Shown here piece by piece: positions 51,267 to 59,644 of a stretch of 64,000 nt of DNA (its first letter is position 1; each line of letters opens with the position of its first letter). The position numbers were made by a program, and so were the translations under genes. Under the pieces are notes generated by a model. That model had not been told where the DNA came from and searched no databases. It worked only from the letters and a program-made list of their open reading frames with translations. Where the stretch lies: positions 12,988-76,987 of the forward strand of contig CAMFES010000002.1 of NCBI GenBank assembly GCA_945949525.1. Reading direction: 5' to 3'. Origin of the DNA: an uncultured Veillonellaceae bacterium (lineage in GTDB: Bacteria > Bacillota > Negativicutes > Selenomonadales > Selenomonadaceae).

Positions 51267-52715
51267 TCAATAAATTTCCTGAATAACCACATCCGTGTAG
51301 TAGTGGTGCAGTATCTCATCATACTTCCTGCCCTTGTCAGCCATAGCCTTGGCGCCGTACTGAGCCATGCCGAGGCCGTGGCCGAAGCCATGGCCGTCAA
51401 AGATGATGGTTTCCTCTCCGCCAATCCTCATGACAGCCCCGTTCATGGCCGACGGCACCGCCGTCAGCGAGCCGGAAGAATTCTTGCCGGATTTGGCCGT
51501 TTTTTTGCTGGCGGAAGCAGGAATCTGTACGCTTCGCTCCGTCCTGATGTTGAACATGGCGCTCTTCAAGCCAAAAATAGTTCTCGCCTGCTCGCCGGTT
51601 ATGGTAACAGCGCCGCTGCTGCCGGTGAACTTGATGCCGTAGGCCCGTCCCGATGCTGTCCGCCCGGTGGTAGAGCCGCTAGTGGAGATAGGCCCCAGCG
51701 TAATGGACTGCAGCTTTCCTACGCCCTTGCCGGAGGAGGCCAGCTGCTTTTCCACCTGGGCTGCCGTAAACCGCGCTGTCCAGTTGTGGTAAGGTGACTG
51801 GCTGTCATCATCCGTCACGGAGCGGAGATAAGGCTGGTAGGCGCCCCAGACATCCTCGCTGTTTTCAGTTGCCCCGCCGGAGGAAGAATGAAAGGCCGCA
51901 TAAATCACCTGATGATTATAGTACATGACCTGTCCCCTGGTGGCCTCCACCGCCTTATCCGTTGCTGCCGTTTCTGCCGCCATGCCGCTGTACACCTGGC
52001 AATGGCTGGAGCTGCACAAATCATAGCCGCTGGCCTTGTGGCCCTTGTTCCTGTTGTACAGGGCAAAGGTTCTCGCCGCCACAGCCTGCGCCTTCAGGGC
52101 CTCTCCCGGCCAGCTGGAGGACATTTCAGAAGGAAGCACGCCCTTTACATAGTCTTCCAGGGAAAGCTGGTTCAGCACCTGCAGCCTCGCTCCGTCCGAG
52201 ATAATCCGCAGGGTGCCGCGATAGCTGCTGCCGTTGTATTTCACCACGCCTTCAGCACCATTTTTCGCCTGCAACGTCACAATCCTGCTCTTTGTCTTTT
52301 TGCCGTTAATGGCTATATAGCTGCCGTCTACCGTAATTTTCAGATTGCTTCCGGCGCTGCCGCTTTCCAGTGTCTTGCCTGCATTGCCGTCTACCAGCTC
52401 AAAGTCACCTGCGCCGGATACGGAGGCTGAATACAGCCCCTCTCCCAGCATCACGCTCAGCATAGTAACAGGGACATTTTTCTTGTCCAGCTTCTTTACG
52501 CCCTTCGTGCCGCTTTTTTCCGCATTCACACCGGCATTGCCGCTGTCCCTGCTCTGCTCCACGTTCCACTCAGGCGTCTTGGGCGGCCTGTTGCCCGCCC
52601 CCGGATGCAGCGTGCTGATTCCTGCCTCAGCCGTTCCCGGCTGAAGCAAAAAAGCCGCTCCCACCACCAGCACAGCCAGCATGCCGCACCAGCTATTCCT
52701 CCAAAATCTCTCCAT
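51267..52715 (-). CDS. SpoIID/LytB-domain lytic transglycosylase-like protein, exported
   Basis: Signal peptide, EDYVKGVLPSEM, EALKAQAVAARTFA, GHGLGMAQYGA. Confidence 0.92.
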   Translation of the reverse strand: MERFWRNSWCGMLAVLVVGAAFLLQPGTAEAGISTLHPGAGNRPPKTPEWNVEQSRDSGNAGVNAEKSGTKGVKKLDKKNVPVTMLSVMLGEGLYSASVSGAGDFELVDGNAGKTLESGSAGSNLKITVDGSYIAINGKKTKSRIVTLQAKNGAEGVVKYNGSSYRGTLRIISDGARLQVLNQLSLEDYVKGVLPSEMSSSWPGEALKAQAVAARTFALYNRNKGHKASGYDLCSSSHCQVYSGMAAETAATDKAVEATRGQVMYYNHQVIYAAFHSSSGGATENSEDVWGAYQPYLRSVTDDDSQSPYHNWTARFTAAQVEKQLASSGKGVGKLQSITLGPISTSGSTTGRTASGRAYGIKFTGSSGAVTITGEQARTIFGLKSAMFNIRTERSVQIPASASKKTAKSGKNSSGSLTAVPSAMNGAVMRIGGEETIIFDGHGFGHGLGMAQYGAKAMADKGRKYDEILHHYYTDVVIQEIY

Positions 52716-53316
52716 TGGCCTCTGCCTCCAATCTTGCCCGCTTCTTCGCCTTGTTTGCCTTTTTTCTGGCCTTGCGTATGGCCCTGCTGTAACGCTCCTC
52801 CTCGCTGAATATGCACCCGCAGTAAGGCTGACGGTACAGCTCCATTTCCTTGCTTATATCTATGCCTTCCTGCCAGCCAGGACGAAAATCCTCATAGTAA
52901 AACTCAACGCCATATACCCCGGCAAAATGCTCCGCCGTTTCCTTCATCAGCTCATGCTGCTGATAAATGCTGTAAAACAGCGTGGAGGTAAAGGCATCAA
53001 AGCCGTTTTCCGCCGCATAGCGGGCCGTTTCCTCCAGCCGCCAGGTATAGCACATGCGGCAGCGTCCATTCTCCACCTGCTCAGCCGCCAGGGCACGGCG
53101 CAAAAAGTCCCGTAGTATGTAATTTTCATCTGCAACTATACGCATATCCGTCTTGGCGGCAAACTCCTTTGCAGCCTTCAGGCGCATATCCCATTCCTTA
53201 TAGGGATGAATATTGGGATTAAAAAAATACCCAGTCGGCTCAATGCCCTTTTCCCGCAGCACCTTCACAGGATAGCAGGAACAAGGCCCGCAGCACATGT
53301 GCAACAACAAATTCAT
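52693..53316 (-). CDS. queH: epoxyqueuosine reductase QueH (DUF208)
   Basis: LLHMCCGPC, NPNIHP, RCRMCY..RL, YRQPYCGCIFS. Confidence 0.95.
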   Translation of the reverse strand: MNLLLHMCCGPCSCYPVKVLREKGIEPTGYFFNPNIHPYKEWDMRLKAAKEFAAKTDMRIVADENYILRDFLRRALAAEQVENGRCRMCYTWRLEETARYAAENGFDAFTSTLFYSIYQQHELMKETAEHFAGVYGVEFYYEDFRPGWQEGIDISKEMELYRQPYCGCIFSEEERYSRAIRKARKKANKAKKRARLEAEANGEILEE

Positions 53317-53322
53317 CTATCT

Positions 53323-54348
53323 CTATGCCTCCGGATAAGGAATATTCATGTGTTCATACCCGGCCCTGGTCACCACGCGCCCCTTCGGCGTGCGGTTGAT
53401 ATACCCCAGCTGCAAAAGGTACGGCTCATACACATCCTCAATGGTATCCCGTTCCTCACTGGTGGCCGCCGCCAGCGTATCCAGACCCACAGGGCCGCCG
53501 CCAAACTTCATTATCATGGTTTCCAGCATCCGCCTGTCAGTGTGGTCAAGTCCCATCTTGTCCACCTCCAGCCTCTGCAGGGAAACATCCGCTATTTCAT
53601 CCGTAATCACGCCATCGCCGGTAATCTGGGCAAAATCCCTAACGCGCTTCAGAAGGCGGTTGGCTATGCGGGGAGTTCCCCGTGAACGGCGGGCAATCTC
53701 CCAGGCTCCCTTTTCCTCAATGGGAATCTGCAATATCTCCGCCGCCCGCTTGACAATCAGCACCAAGTCCTCAGGCTGATAGTATTCCAGCCGTGAAATG
53801 ACGCCAAAGCGGTCACGCAGAGGCCCCGCCAAAGAGCCAGCCTTGGTGGTGGCGCCAATCAGCGTAAAGGGTGCCAGATCCAGTCGGATTGACCTGGCGC
53901 TTGGCCCCTTGCCAATGACGATATCCAGGGCAAAATCCTCCATAGCAGAATAAAGCACCTCCTCTACGTTCCGTGAAAGGCGGTGTATCTCATCTATGAA
54001 AAGCACATCCTTCTCCCCCAGATTGGTCAAAAGCGCCGCCAAATCCCCGGCATGGTTGATGGCAGGCCCGGAGGTTACCCGGAAATTCACCCCCAGCTCG
54101 TTGGCAATAATGCCCGCCAGGGTGGTCTTGCCAAGTCCCGGAGGCCCATAAAACAGCACATGATCAAGGGCATCTCCCCTGGACATTGCCGCCTTGATGA
54201 ATACTTCCAGATTTTCCTTCACCTTTTTTTGCCCGATGTACTCCCGCAGGTGACGGGGCCGCAGGCTGTACTGCCAGTCATCGCCGCTTTGGGCGTTCAT
54301 GTCTATGACCCGCTCCTGGGCAAAATCACCGTAATTTATATCCTCCAA
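53323..54348 (-). CDS. ruvB: Holliday junction branch migration ATPase RuvB
   Basis: [41 protein letters not shown]. Confidence 0.98.
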   Translation of the reverse strand: MEDINYGDFAQERVIDMNAQSGDDWQYSLRPRHLREYIGQKKVKENLEVFIKAAMSRGDALDHVLFYGPPGLGKTTLAGIIANELGVNFRVTSGPAINHAGDLAALLTNLGEKDVLFIDEIHRLSRNVEEVLYSAMEDFALDIVIGKGPSARSIRLDLAPFTLIGATTKAGSLAGPLRDRFGVISRLEYYQPEDLVLIVKRAAEILQIPIEEKGAWEIARRSRGTPRIANRLLKRVRDFAQITGDGVITDEIADVSLQRLEVDKMGLDHTDRRMLETMIMKFGGGPVGLDTLAAATSEERDTIEDVYEPYLLQLGYINRTPKGRVVTRAGYEHMNIPYPEA

Positions 54349-54354
54349 CCTCTA

Positions 54355-54975
54355 TCACCTCCCGGAAAGCTCCTTCAGCGCAAATTTTATCACGGACTGC
54401 ACGTCCTGATCGCCCTTCAGCCTGCCGCATTTCTCCAGCACGGGAGCCAGCTGCTGGGCATTGTAGCCAAGGCTCTGCAGGGCCGCAGCCGCCTCTGCCA
54501 CCACGCCCTCGCCAATCTCCGGCAGAGCAAACAAATCGGACAAATCCTCTGCGCCGTCACCATCGCCTGCATCAGCAAAATGCAGCTTGTCCTTCAGCTC
54601 CACGATCATTCTCTCCGCTGATTTTTTGCCTATGCCCGGCAGCTTCATCAGCACGGAGGCCTGCTTCTTCTGAATGGCCTGGCACAGCCTGGCCGGGGTA
54701 ATCGCCCCGATAATCCCCAGAGCCACCTTCGGCCCGATGCCGCTGACCGTCAGCAAAATCTGAAACAAATCATATTCCTCCTGAGAATAAAAGCCATACA
54801 GCTGAATCGCATCCTCACGCACAGCGGTATAGGTAAAAAGGGTCGCCTCCTGTCCCAGCCTCAGATGGCTATGAGTGTTACCGGCAATAAACACCCTGTA
54901 GCCCACGCCGTTCACATCCAGCAGGCAAACATCCGAAAGCAGATATGCAACCCTGCCCCGCAAAAAACCAATCAT
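54355..54975 (-). CDS. ruvA: Holliday junction DNA-binding protein RuvA
   Basis: MIGFLRG, VNGVGY, VREDAIQLYGF, VSGIGPK, PGIGKKSAERM. Confidence 0.97.
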   Translation of the reverse strand: MIGFLRGRVAYLLSDVCLLDVNGVGYRVFIAGNTHSHLRLGQEATLFTYTAVREDAIQLYGFYSQEEYDLFQILLTVSGIGPKVALGIIGAITPARLCQAIQKKQASVLMKLPGIGKKSAERMIVELKDKLHFADAGDGDGAEDLSDLFALPEIGEGVVAEAAAALQSLGYNAQQLAPVLEKCGRLKGDQDVQSVIKFALKELSGR

Positions 54976-55013
54976 CTGTCAAACTCCTGCAAATCATTCT
55001 ACAATATCATCTT

Positions 55014-55042
55014 ATTATACAACAAGATGTTTGATTTAACAA
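55014..55042 (-). promoter_or_regulatory. promoter of the ruvA operon
   Basis: TTGTTA-N17-TATAAT on the minus strand. Confidence 0.55.
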
Positions 55043-55121
55043 ATTCCCCGGCAAAAAAAGAGGCAAAATTTGCCCGGCAGCAAAAACGCATATAATCGCA
55101 AACCAATACAATATATATTTA

Positions 55122-55153
55122 TATTAACTTATATATTAATATATAAGTTAATA
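55122..55153. repeat. perfect 32-bp palindrome
   Basis: TATTAACTTATATATTAATATATAAGTTAATA equals its own reverse complement. Confidence 0.9.
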
Positions 55154-55177
55154 CAGTTGAAATACTTAAATATTTTC

Positions 55178-55206
55178 TTTACATGCCGCCTAAAATATAA
55201 TAAAAT
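55178..55206 (+). promoter_or_regulatory. promoter of comM
   Basis: TTTACA-N17-TAAAAT. Confidence 0.55.
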
Positions 55207-55236
55207 CACCTGTAGAATAATAAAAGGGGTGATGGT

Positions 55237-56763
55237 ATGTATGCCTGTACAAAGGGTGCTACAACCTTAGGAGTAGACGGGGTCATCATTGACGTGGAGG
55301 TGGATGTTTCCAACGGTCTGCCCTGCTTTGAGATGGTGGGAATGCCGGATGCCATGGTGCGGGAGGCAAAGGAAAGAGTGAGGATTGCCATCCGCAATTC
55401 CGGCATCAGGCTGCAGCAGGACAAGGTGACGGTCAATCTGGCCCCGGCCGGTATGAGGAAGGACAGTGCCGGGCTGGATCTGCCCATAGCGGTGGCTCTT
55501 TTGGCCGCCTACGGTGTGATTCCTACAGAGGGGCTGGACAGATATCTGTTTGTCAGCGAGCTATCCCTGGAGGGAGAGTGCCGCTGTGTCAGCGGCGTGC
55601 TGCCCATGGCTATCAAGGCGCAGGAAAGCGGCCTGCAGGCGGTGGTGACGGCCAAAGGAAATATCAATGAAGCCCTGCTGGTGGACGGCATTGCGGTATA
55701 TGGCATTGAAAGCCTGTCGGAGCTGGTGGATTTTTTGAACGGCAGGGGCGGTCTGCAGCCATCTGTCAAGGAAGCGGTGCCGCCGGAAAAAGAAGCCTTG
55801 CAGGATGATTTCTGCGATGTGCAGGGGCAGTTTCTGGCCAAGCGTGCCTTTGAGATTGCGGCGGCAGGAGGGCACAATATCGTCCTGTCAGGCAGTCCCG
55901 GGGCCGGTAAAACCATGCTGGCCAGGCGAATGGGCTCAATACTGCCGGATATGACCCGGAAGGAAGCTCTGGAGGTGACGAAAATTTACAGTATAGCGGG
56001 GCTGCTGAAAAACAACAGCGGGCTGATTACCAAGCGTCCTTTTAGAAGTCCCCATCACACTGTATCCTCGGCAGCCATGATAGGAGGAGGCTCTATTCCG
56101 AAGCCGGGAGAGGTAACTCTCAGCCACAACGGTGTGCTGTTTCTGGATGAGCTGCCGGAATTCGGCAAAAACACCCTTGAGTGCCTGCGACAGCCTCTGG
56201 AGGATGGTTTTGTCAGCGTATCAAGGGTAAATGCCACCCTGAGCTTTCCTTCACGCATTATGCTGATAGGGGCGCTAAATCCCTGCCCCTGCGGCTATTA
56301 CGGAGATAGCGAAATTCCCTGCGAGTGCAGTATGCCCCAGATAAAGAAATATACCAGAAAGCTGTCAGGACCTCTTTTGGACAGATTCGATATCCAAATC
56401 CGGGTGCCGCGGGTGTCATATCAGGAGCTGACCGCCCAGGGCAAAACGGAAACCTCCGCAGTTATCCGTCAGAGGGTGGCAGCAGCCAGGGAAATTCAGC
56501 TGAACAGGTTCCGGGAGCTGGATATTGTCTGCAACGCCCAGATGAATCATGCGGTGCTGAAAAAGTATTGCCGCCTTTCTGCAGAGGCGCAGGAGCTGAT
56601 GGAAGCGGCCTTTCAGGAAAGAAATTTGTCAGCACGTTCCTATGACCGCATCGTCAAGGTGGCGCAGACGGTAGCGGATTTGTCCGGCTGCGAGATTATC
56701 AACGAGATGCATATCGGCGAAGCCCTGCAACTGCGGGGAGAAATCCTGCCGGGCAACAATTAG
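55237..56763 (+). CDS. comM: YifB/ComM Mg-chelatase-like AAA+ ATPase
   Basis: VNLAPA, GSPGAGKTMLA, PFRSPHHT, GVLFLDELPEF, NPCPCG, SGPLLDRFD, LSARSYDR. Confidence 0.95.
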   Translation: MYACTKGATTLGVDGVIIDVEVDVSNGLPCFEMVGMPDAMVREAKERVRIAIRNSGIRLQQDKVTVNLAPAGMRKDSAGLDLPIAVALLAAYGVIPTEGLDRYLFVSELSLEGECRCVSGVLPMAIKAQESGLQAVVTAKGNINEALLVDGIAVYGIESLSELVDFLNGRGGLQPSVKEAVPPEKEALQDDFCDVQGQFLAKRAFEIAAAGGHNIVLSGSPGAGKTMLARRMGSILPDMTRKEALEVTKIYSIAGLLKNNSGLITKRPFRSPHHTVSSAAMIGGGSIPKPGEVTLSHNGVLFLDELPEFGKNTLECLRQPLEDGFVSVSRVNATLSFPSRIMLIGALNPCPCGYYGDSEIPCECSMPQIKKYTRKLSGPLLDRFDIQIRVPRVSYQELTAQGKTETSAVIRQRVAAAREIQLNRFRELDIVCNAQMNHAVLKKYCRLSAEAQELMEAAFQERNLSARSYDRIVKVAQTVADLSGCEIINEMHIGEALQLRGEILPGNN

Positions 56764-56847
56764 TGAAAATGTCAAGGATATTTTGAATATGATTATGTTT
56801 ACCGTGGTAGATAATTACAACACATACAATAATATTTGCTGTAATTA

Positions 56848-56877
56848 TTTACACATATTTTTTCTATGTGTTATAAT
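56848..56877 (+). promoter_or_regulatory. hicAB promoter with overlapping inverted repeat (probable HicB operator)
   Basis: TTTACA-N18-TATAAT containing ACACATA-N7-TATGTGT (56851-56871). Confidence 0.6.
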
Positions 56878-56897
56878 GAACTTGTGAGGGGAAAATC

Positions 56898-57095
56898 ATG
56901 AAAAGTTACTCATCACGTGATATAATAAAGATACTAAAAGCAGATGGTTGGTACGAAGTTAATTGCACCGGTGACCATCACCAGTTCAAGCACCCCATCA
57001 AAAAAGGACGTGTCACTGTCACTCATCCTAAAAAGGATATTCCATTGGCAACACTAAAAAGCATTTCATCGCAAGCAGGAGTCAGCTTCGACTAA
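56898..57095 (+). CDS. hicA: type II toxin HicA
   Basis: LKADGW, GDHHQFKHP..KGRVTVTHPKKD. Confidence 0.95.
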   Translation: MKSYSSRDIIKILKADGWYEVNCTGDHHQFKHPIKKGRVTVTHPKKDIPLATLKSISSQAGVSFD

Positions 57096-57115
57096 CCCAT
57101 TGAGGAGGCATACAC

Positions 57116-57541
57116 ATGAAAGATTTTTATACATATCCGGCACTATTTCAGGTAGCAGACGATGGTATATCCATCTCATTTCCAGATCTTCCAGGCTGTC
57201 TGCCTTGTGCTGACACTATGGACGAGGCATTTTACAATGCCAGGGAGGCCTTGGAGCTTCACCTGTACGGCATGGAGGAAGACGGCGAGCATATCCCGGA
57301 ACCATCTCCGGTGTCATCCATTCATCCAGACAACAACGAAGTCATTGCAATGATTGAAGCATGGATGCCACCATTCCGTGAGCGCATGGCCAACAAGGCC
57401 ATAAACAAAACTGTCACCATCCCACGCTGGCTTGATACACTTGCCAAGCGTGAAAATGTAAACTTCTCGCACATCTTCCAGCAAAGCCTGAAAGAGTATC
57501 TTGGTGTCACAGACAATCCATCAAAGCATATACTGGCGTAA
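57116..57541 (+). CDS. hicB: type II antitoxin HicB
   Basis: YPALF, FPDLPGC, AREALELHL, C-terminal KTVTIPRWL..NFS RHH-like domain. Confidence 0.95.
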   Translation: MKDFYTYPALFQVADDGISISFPDLPGCLPCADTMDEAFYNAREALELHLYGMEEDGEHIPEPSPVSSIHPDNNEVIAMIEAWMPPFRERMANKAINKTVTIPRWLDTLAKRENVNFSHIFQQSLKEYLGVTDNPSKHILA

Positions 57542-57546
57542 CCTCT

Positions 57547-57571
57547 ACCCCGCTTCTTCAGCGGGGTTTTT
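57547..57571 (+). terminator. intrinsic terminator of hicAB
   Basis: CCCCGCT-TCTTC-AGCGGGG followed by T5. Confidence 0.8.
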
Positions 57572-57660
57572 ATTATCCTCTAAAACTTCCACATAGAAAA
57601 TCCTAATGGATCCTTGAAAACTGCATATTTCAAAAGATAAATTTCTCAACTGACTTGCAG

Positions 57661-57696
57661 ATGCAAAAAATCTGGTTTGATGAAGCGTGGGAAGAT
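57661..57696 (+). pseudogene. N-terminal fragment of a Txe/YoeB-family toxin
   Basis: ATG...MQKIWFDEAWED resembles the YoeB/Txe start (xxxWxDEAWEDYxYW), then the similarity stops. Confidence 0.5.
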
Positions 57697-57715
57697 CCGC
57701 CATCTCCACAGTACC

Positions 57716-57750
57716 AAAAAAAATCCCCCCGCCGAAGCGAGGGGATTTTT
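57716..57750 (-). terminator. intrinsic (possibly bidirectional) terminator of rpsO
   Basis: AAAAATCCCC...GGGGATTTTT hairpin flanked by A and T runs. Confidence 0.8.
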
Positions 57751-57787
57751 CACGTAAGTATAAAACTCGTTTGAAGGCTTGCAAAAA

Positions 57788-58054
57788 TTACTTGCGCAGA
57801 CCGAGCTTTGCAACGATTGCACGATAACGCTCGATATCTACCTTGTTCAGATAAGCCAGAAGGCGACGGCGATGACCTACCATCTTCAAAAGGCCGCGAC
57901 GGGAATGATGATCCTTCTTATGCTCCTTCAGATGCTCGGTCAGATAAACGATACGTGCAGTCAGAACTGCAATCTGAACCTCTGGGGAACCGGTGTCACC
58001 CTCGTGAACTGCATACTTCTGAATAATTTCCTGCTTTGCTTCCTGTGTCAACAT
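57788..58054 (-). CDS. rpsO: 30S ribosomal protein S15
   Basis: [31 protein letters not shown]; AGGAGG RBS. Confidence 0.98.
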   Translation of the reverse strand: MLTQEAKQEIIQKYAVHEGDTGSPEVQIAVLTARIVYLTEHLKEHKKDHHSRRGLLKMVGHRRRLLAYLNKVDIERYRAIVAKLGLRK

Positions 58055-58059
58055 GTAAA

Positions 58060-58166
58060 AATTCCTCCTAAAATTTTGTAAAGTCCTCAAGCCGGGAATG
58101 GCGCTGGAGTATCGCCAATCTTAGCAAAAGGCCGGCTGCACTGACATGCACAATAGAACAGCGCAC
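58060..58166 (-). ncRNA. probable S15 autoregulatory leader
   Basis: ~110-nt 5' UTR with nested helices GCCGG/CCGGC and TGGCG/CGCCA upstream of the RBS; such leaders are known for Bacillota rpsO. Confidence 0.5.
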
Positions 58167-58173
58167 TCTTAGT

Positions 58174-58202
58174 AATATATCACAACTCTGACAAAATGTA
58201 AA
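58174..58202 (-). promoter_or_regulatory. rpsO promoter
   Basis: TTTACA-N17-TATATT with TGn extension. Confidence 0.6.
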
Positions 58203-58219
58203 TAGCTGTGAACATAAAA

Positions 58220-59152
58220 TTACAGACCCGCCAATAGCTGACGTGCCCTTTCCTCATCAGCATGAAGCTGCTTTACCAGCGCCTCCACGCCGCTGAATTT
58301 TTTCTGCTCCCGCAGCTTGGCCACAAACTGCACGGTCAGCGGGCAATCATAAATATCCTTGGAAAAATCAAGAATATTTACCTCCAGCCGCCGGTTGCAG
58401 CCCTCAAAGGTTGGATTATCACCAATATTGGCAATCCCCTTGTAGCTTCTGCCGTCCAGCAGAACCTTCACCGCGTATGCCCCGTTGGGGAGCATGGCAC
58501 GCCTGTCACCGATAGCCAGGTTGGCTGTCGGGAACCCCAGCTTCCTGCCGCGGTGATCTCCATGAATCACGCGGCCGCCAAAGCTGAAAAACCTGCCAAG
58601 GTATTCATTGGCCTTTTCCAGATCGCCTGCCTCAATAAGCCCCCGTATTCTGGTACTGCTGACCATCTTGCCATCCAGCTGCACCGCCTGGCCAATCTCC
58701 GCCTGAAAGCCATAATCCTCCCCTACCCGCACCAGCATCCGGGGATTGCCCTTTGCCCTGGCGCCAAAGGAAAAATTCGGCCCTGTCACAACATACCTTG
58801 GATTCAGCGCCTGCTGCAAATCCAGCAGAAAATCGTCAGGAGCCTGGCGGCAAAGCTTTTCAGTAAAGGGCACATTCACCAGCACCTGCACCCCCAGCTC
58901 GGCCATAATATCCGCCTTGGAGATATTATCACCAATCTGCATAGGCACCCTCTCAGGGGCCACCACAGCCAGCGGATGATTGCTGAAGGTATATACCACA
59001 CTGGTCAGCTTGTGTGCCCTTGCTAAACTGACTGCACGCCGGATAATGCTCTGATGTCCTATATGCACCCCGTCAAAGGTTCCCAGGGCCACTGCTGTAG
59101 CCCTGCCGTTCAATACCTGTTTTGCCTCAGCCAGTTTATTACAAATAAGCAT
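58220..59152 (-). CDS. ribF: bifunctional riboflavin kinase / FAD synthetase
   Basis: GTFDGVHIGH, VSSTRIR, GRKLGFPTAN, LREQKKF. Confidence 0.97.
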   Translation of the reverse strand: MLICNKLAEAKQVLNGRATAVALGTFDGVHIGHQSIIRRAVSLARAHKLTSVVYTFSNHPLAVVAPERVPMQIGDNISKADIMAELGVQVLVNVPFTEKLCRQAPDDFLLDLQQALNPRYVVTGPNFSFGARAKGNPRMLVRVGEDYGFQAEIGQAVQLDGKMVSSTRIRGLIEAGDLEKANEYLGRFFSFGGRVIHGDHRGRKLGFPTANLAIGDRRAMLPNGAYAVKVLLDGRSYKGIANIGDNPTFEGCNRRLEVNILDFSKDIYDCPLTVQFVAKLREQKKFSGVEALVKQLHADEERARQLLAGL

Positions 59153-59267
59153 TCATATCACCATCACAAAAATAAATTTACTCCACTATTATAACCTCAC
59201 ACAAAGAATAAAACAAGATTTCACAATTTTTCATTTTCTTTTCAGATATAGCTGGTATATTATAGAC

Positions 59268-59367
59268 AATCCCTTTGATGTACATGATGTACTCAATGTA
59301 CAATCCCATATACATCATTTCTCCATCCCATTGGCGGCATCGGAACTCGGTGTCGCCATCTTTTTTT
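59268..59367 (+). ncRNA. candidate small RNA
   Basis: Extended -10 TGGTATATT at 59253-59261; 11-bp GC-rich hairpin 59332-59358 plus T7; no ORF with an RBS in between. Confidence 0.45.
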
Positions 59368-59554
59368 GCAATCTTTCAATCTTTCAATCTTACAATTTTA
59401 TAATTTCGCAATTTTCCATTTTTTTCAATTTCGCAGTCCTGGCATTTTTTGAAAGATTCATTTGTATTTTGGCATTTAATATGCTAAATTATAAAAAGGG
59501 CATGTTTTTTCGCTACCATGACCTGCGCCTTGTAATGACCACTGATTACAAGCC

Positions 59555-59599
59555 TACAGGATTTACAGGATTTACAGTATTTACAAAAGTTACAGGATT
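59555..59599 (+). repeat. five degenerate 9-bp tandem repeats (TACAGGATT)
   Basis: TACAGGATT TACAGGATT TACAGTATT TACAAAAGT TACAGGATT. Confidence 0.8.
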
Positions 59600-59644
59600 A
59601 TTCAACCGCCGCTTTCGGGCGGCTCTGCTCAAAGGAGATTCTTG

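Noticed and set aside
51267-52715. SpoIID domain as evidence of sporulation
   Set aside because: The SpoIID/LytB gene beside queA also occurs in non-sporulating relatives; no other sporulation genes here.
55015-55040. LexA (GAAC-N4-GTTC) box at the ruvA promoter
   Set aside because: Only AAC-N5-GTT is present, so spacing and flanks do not fit.
55237-56763. Mobile element inserted in comM (a known hotspot)
   Set aside because: The ORF is intact at 508 aa with all motifs.
57545-57784. 79-aa minus-strand ORF after rpsO
   Set aside because: Spans two terminator hairpins and has no RBS or recognisable motif.
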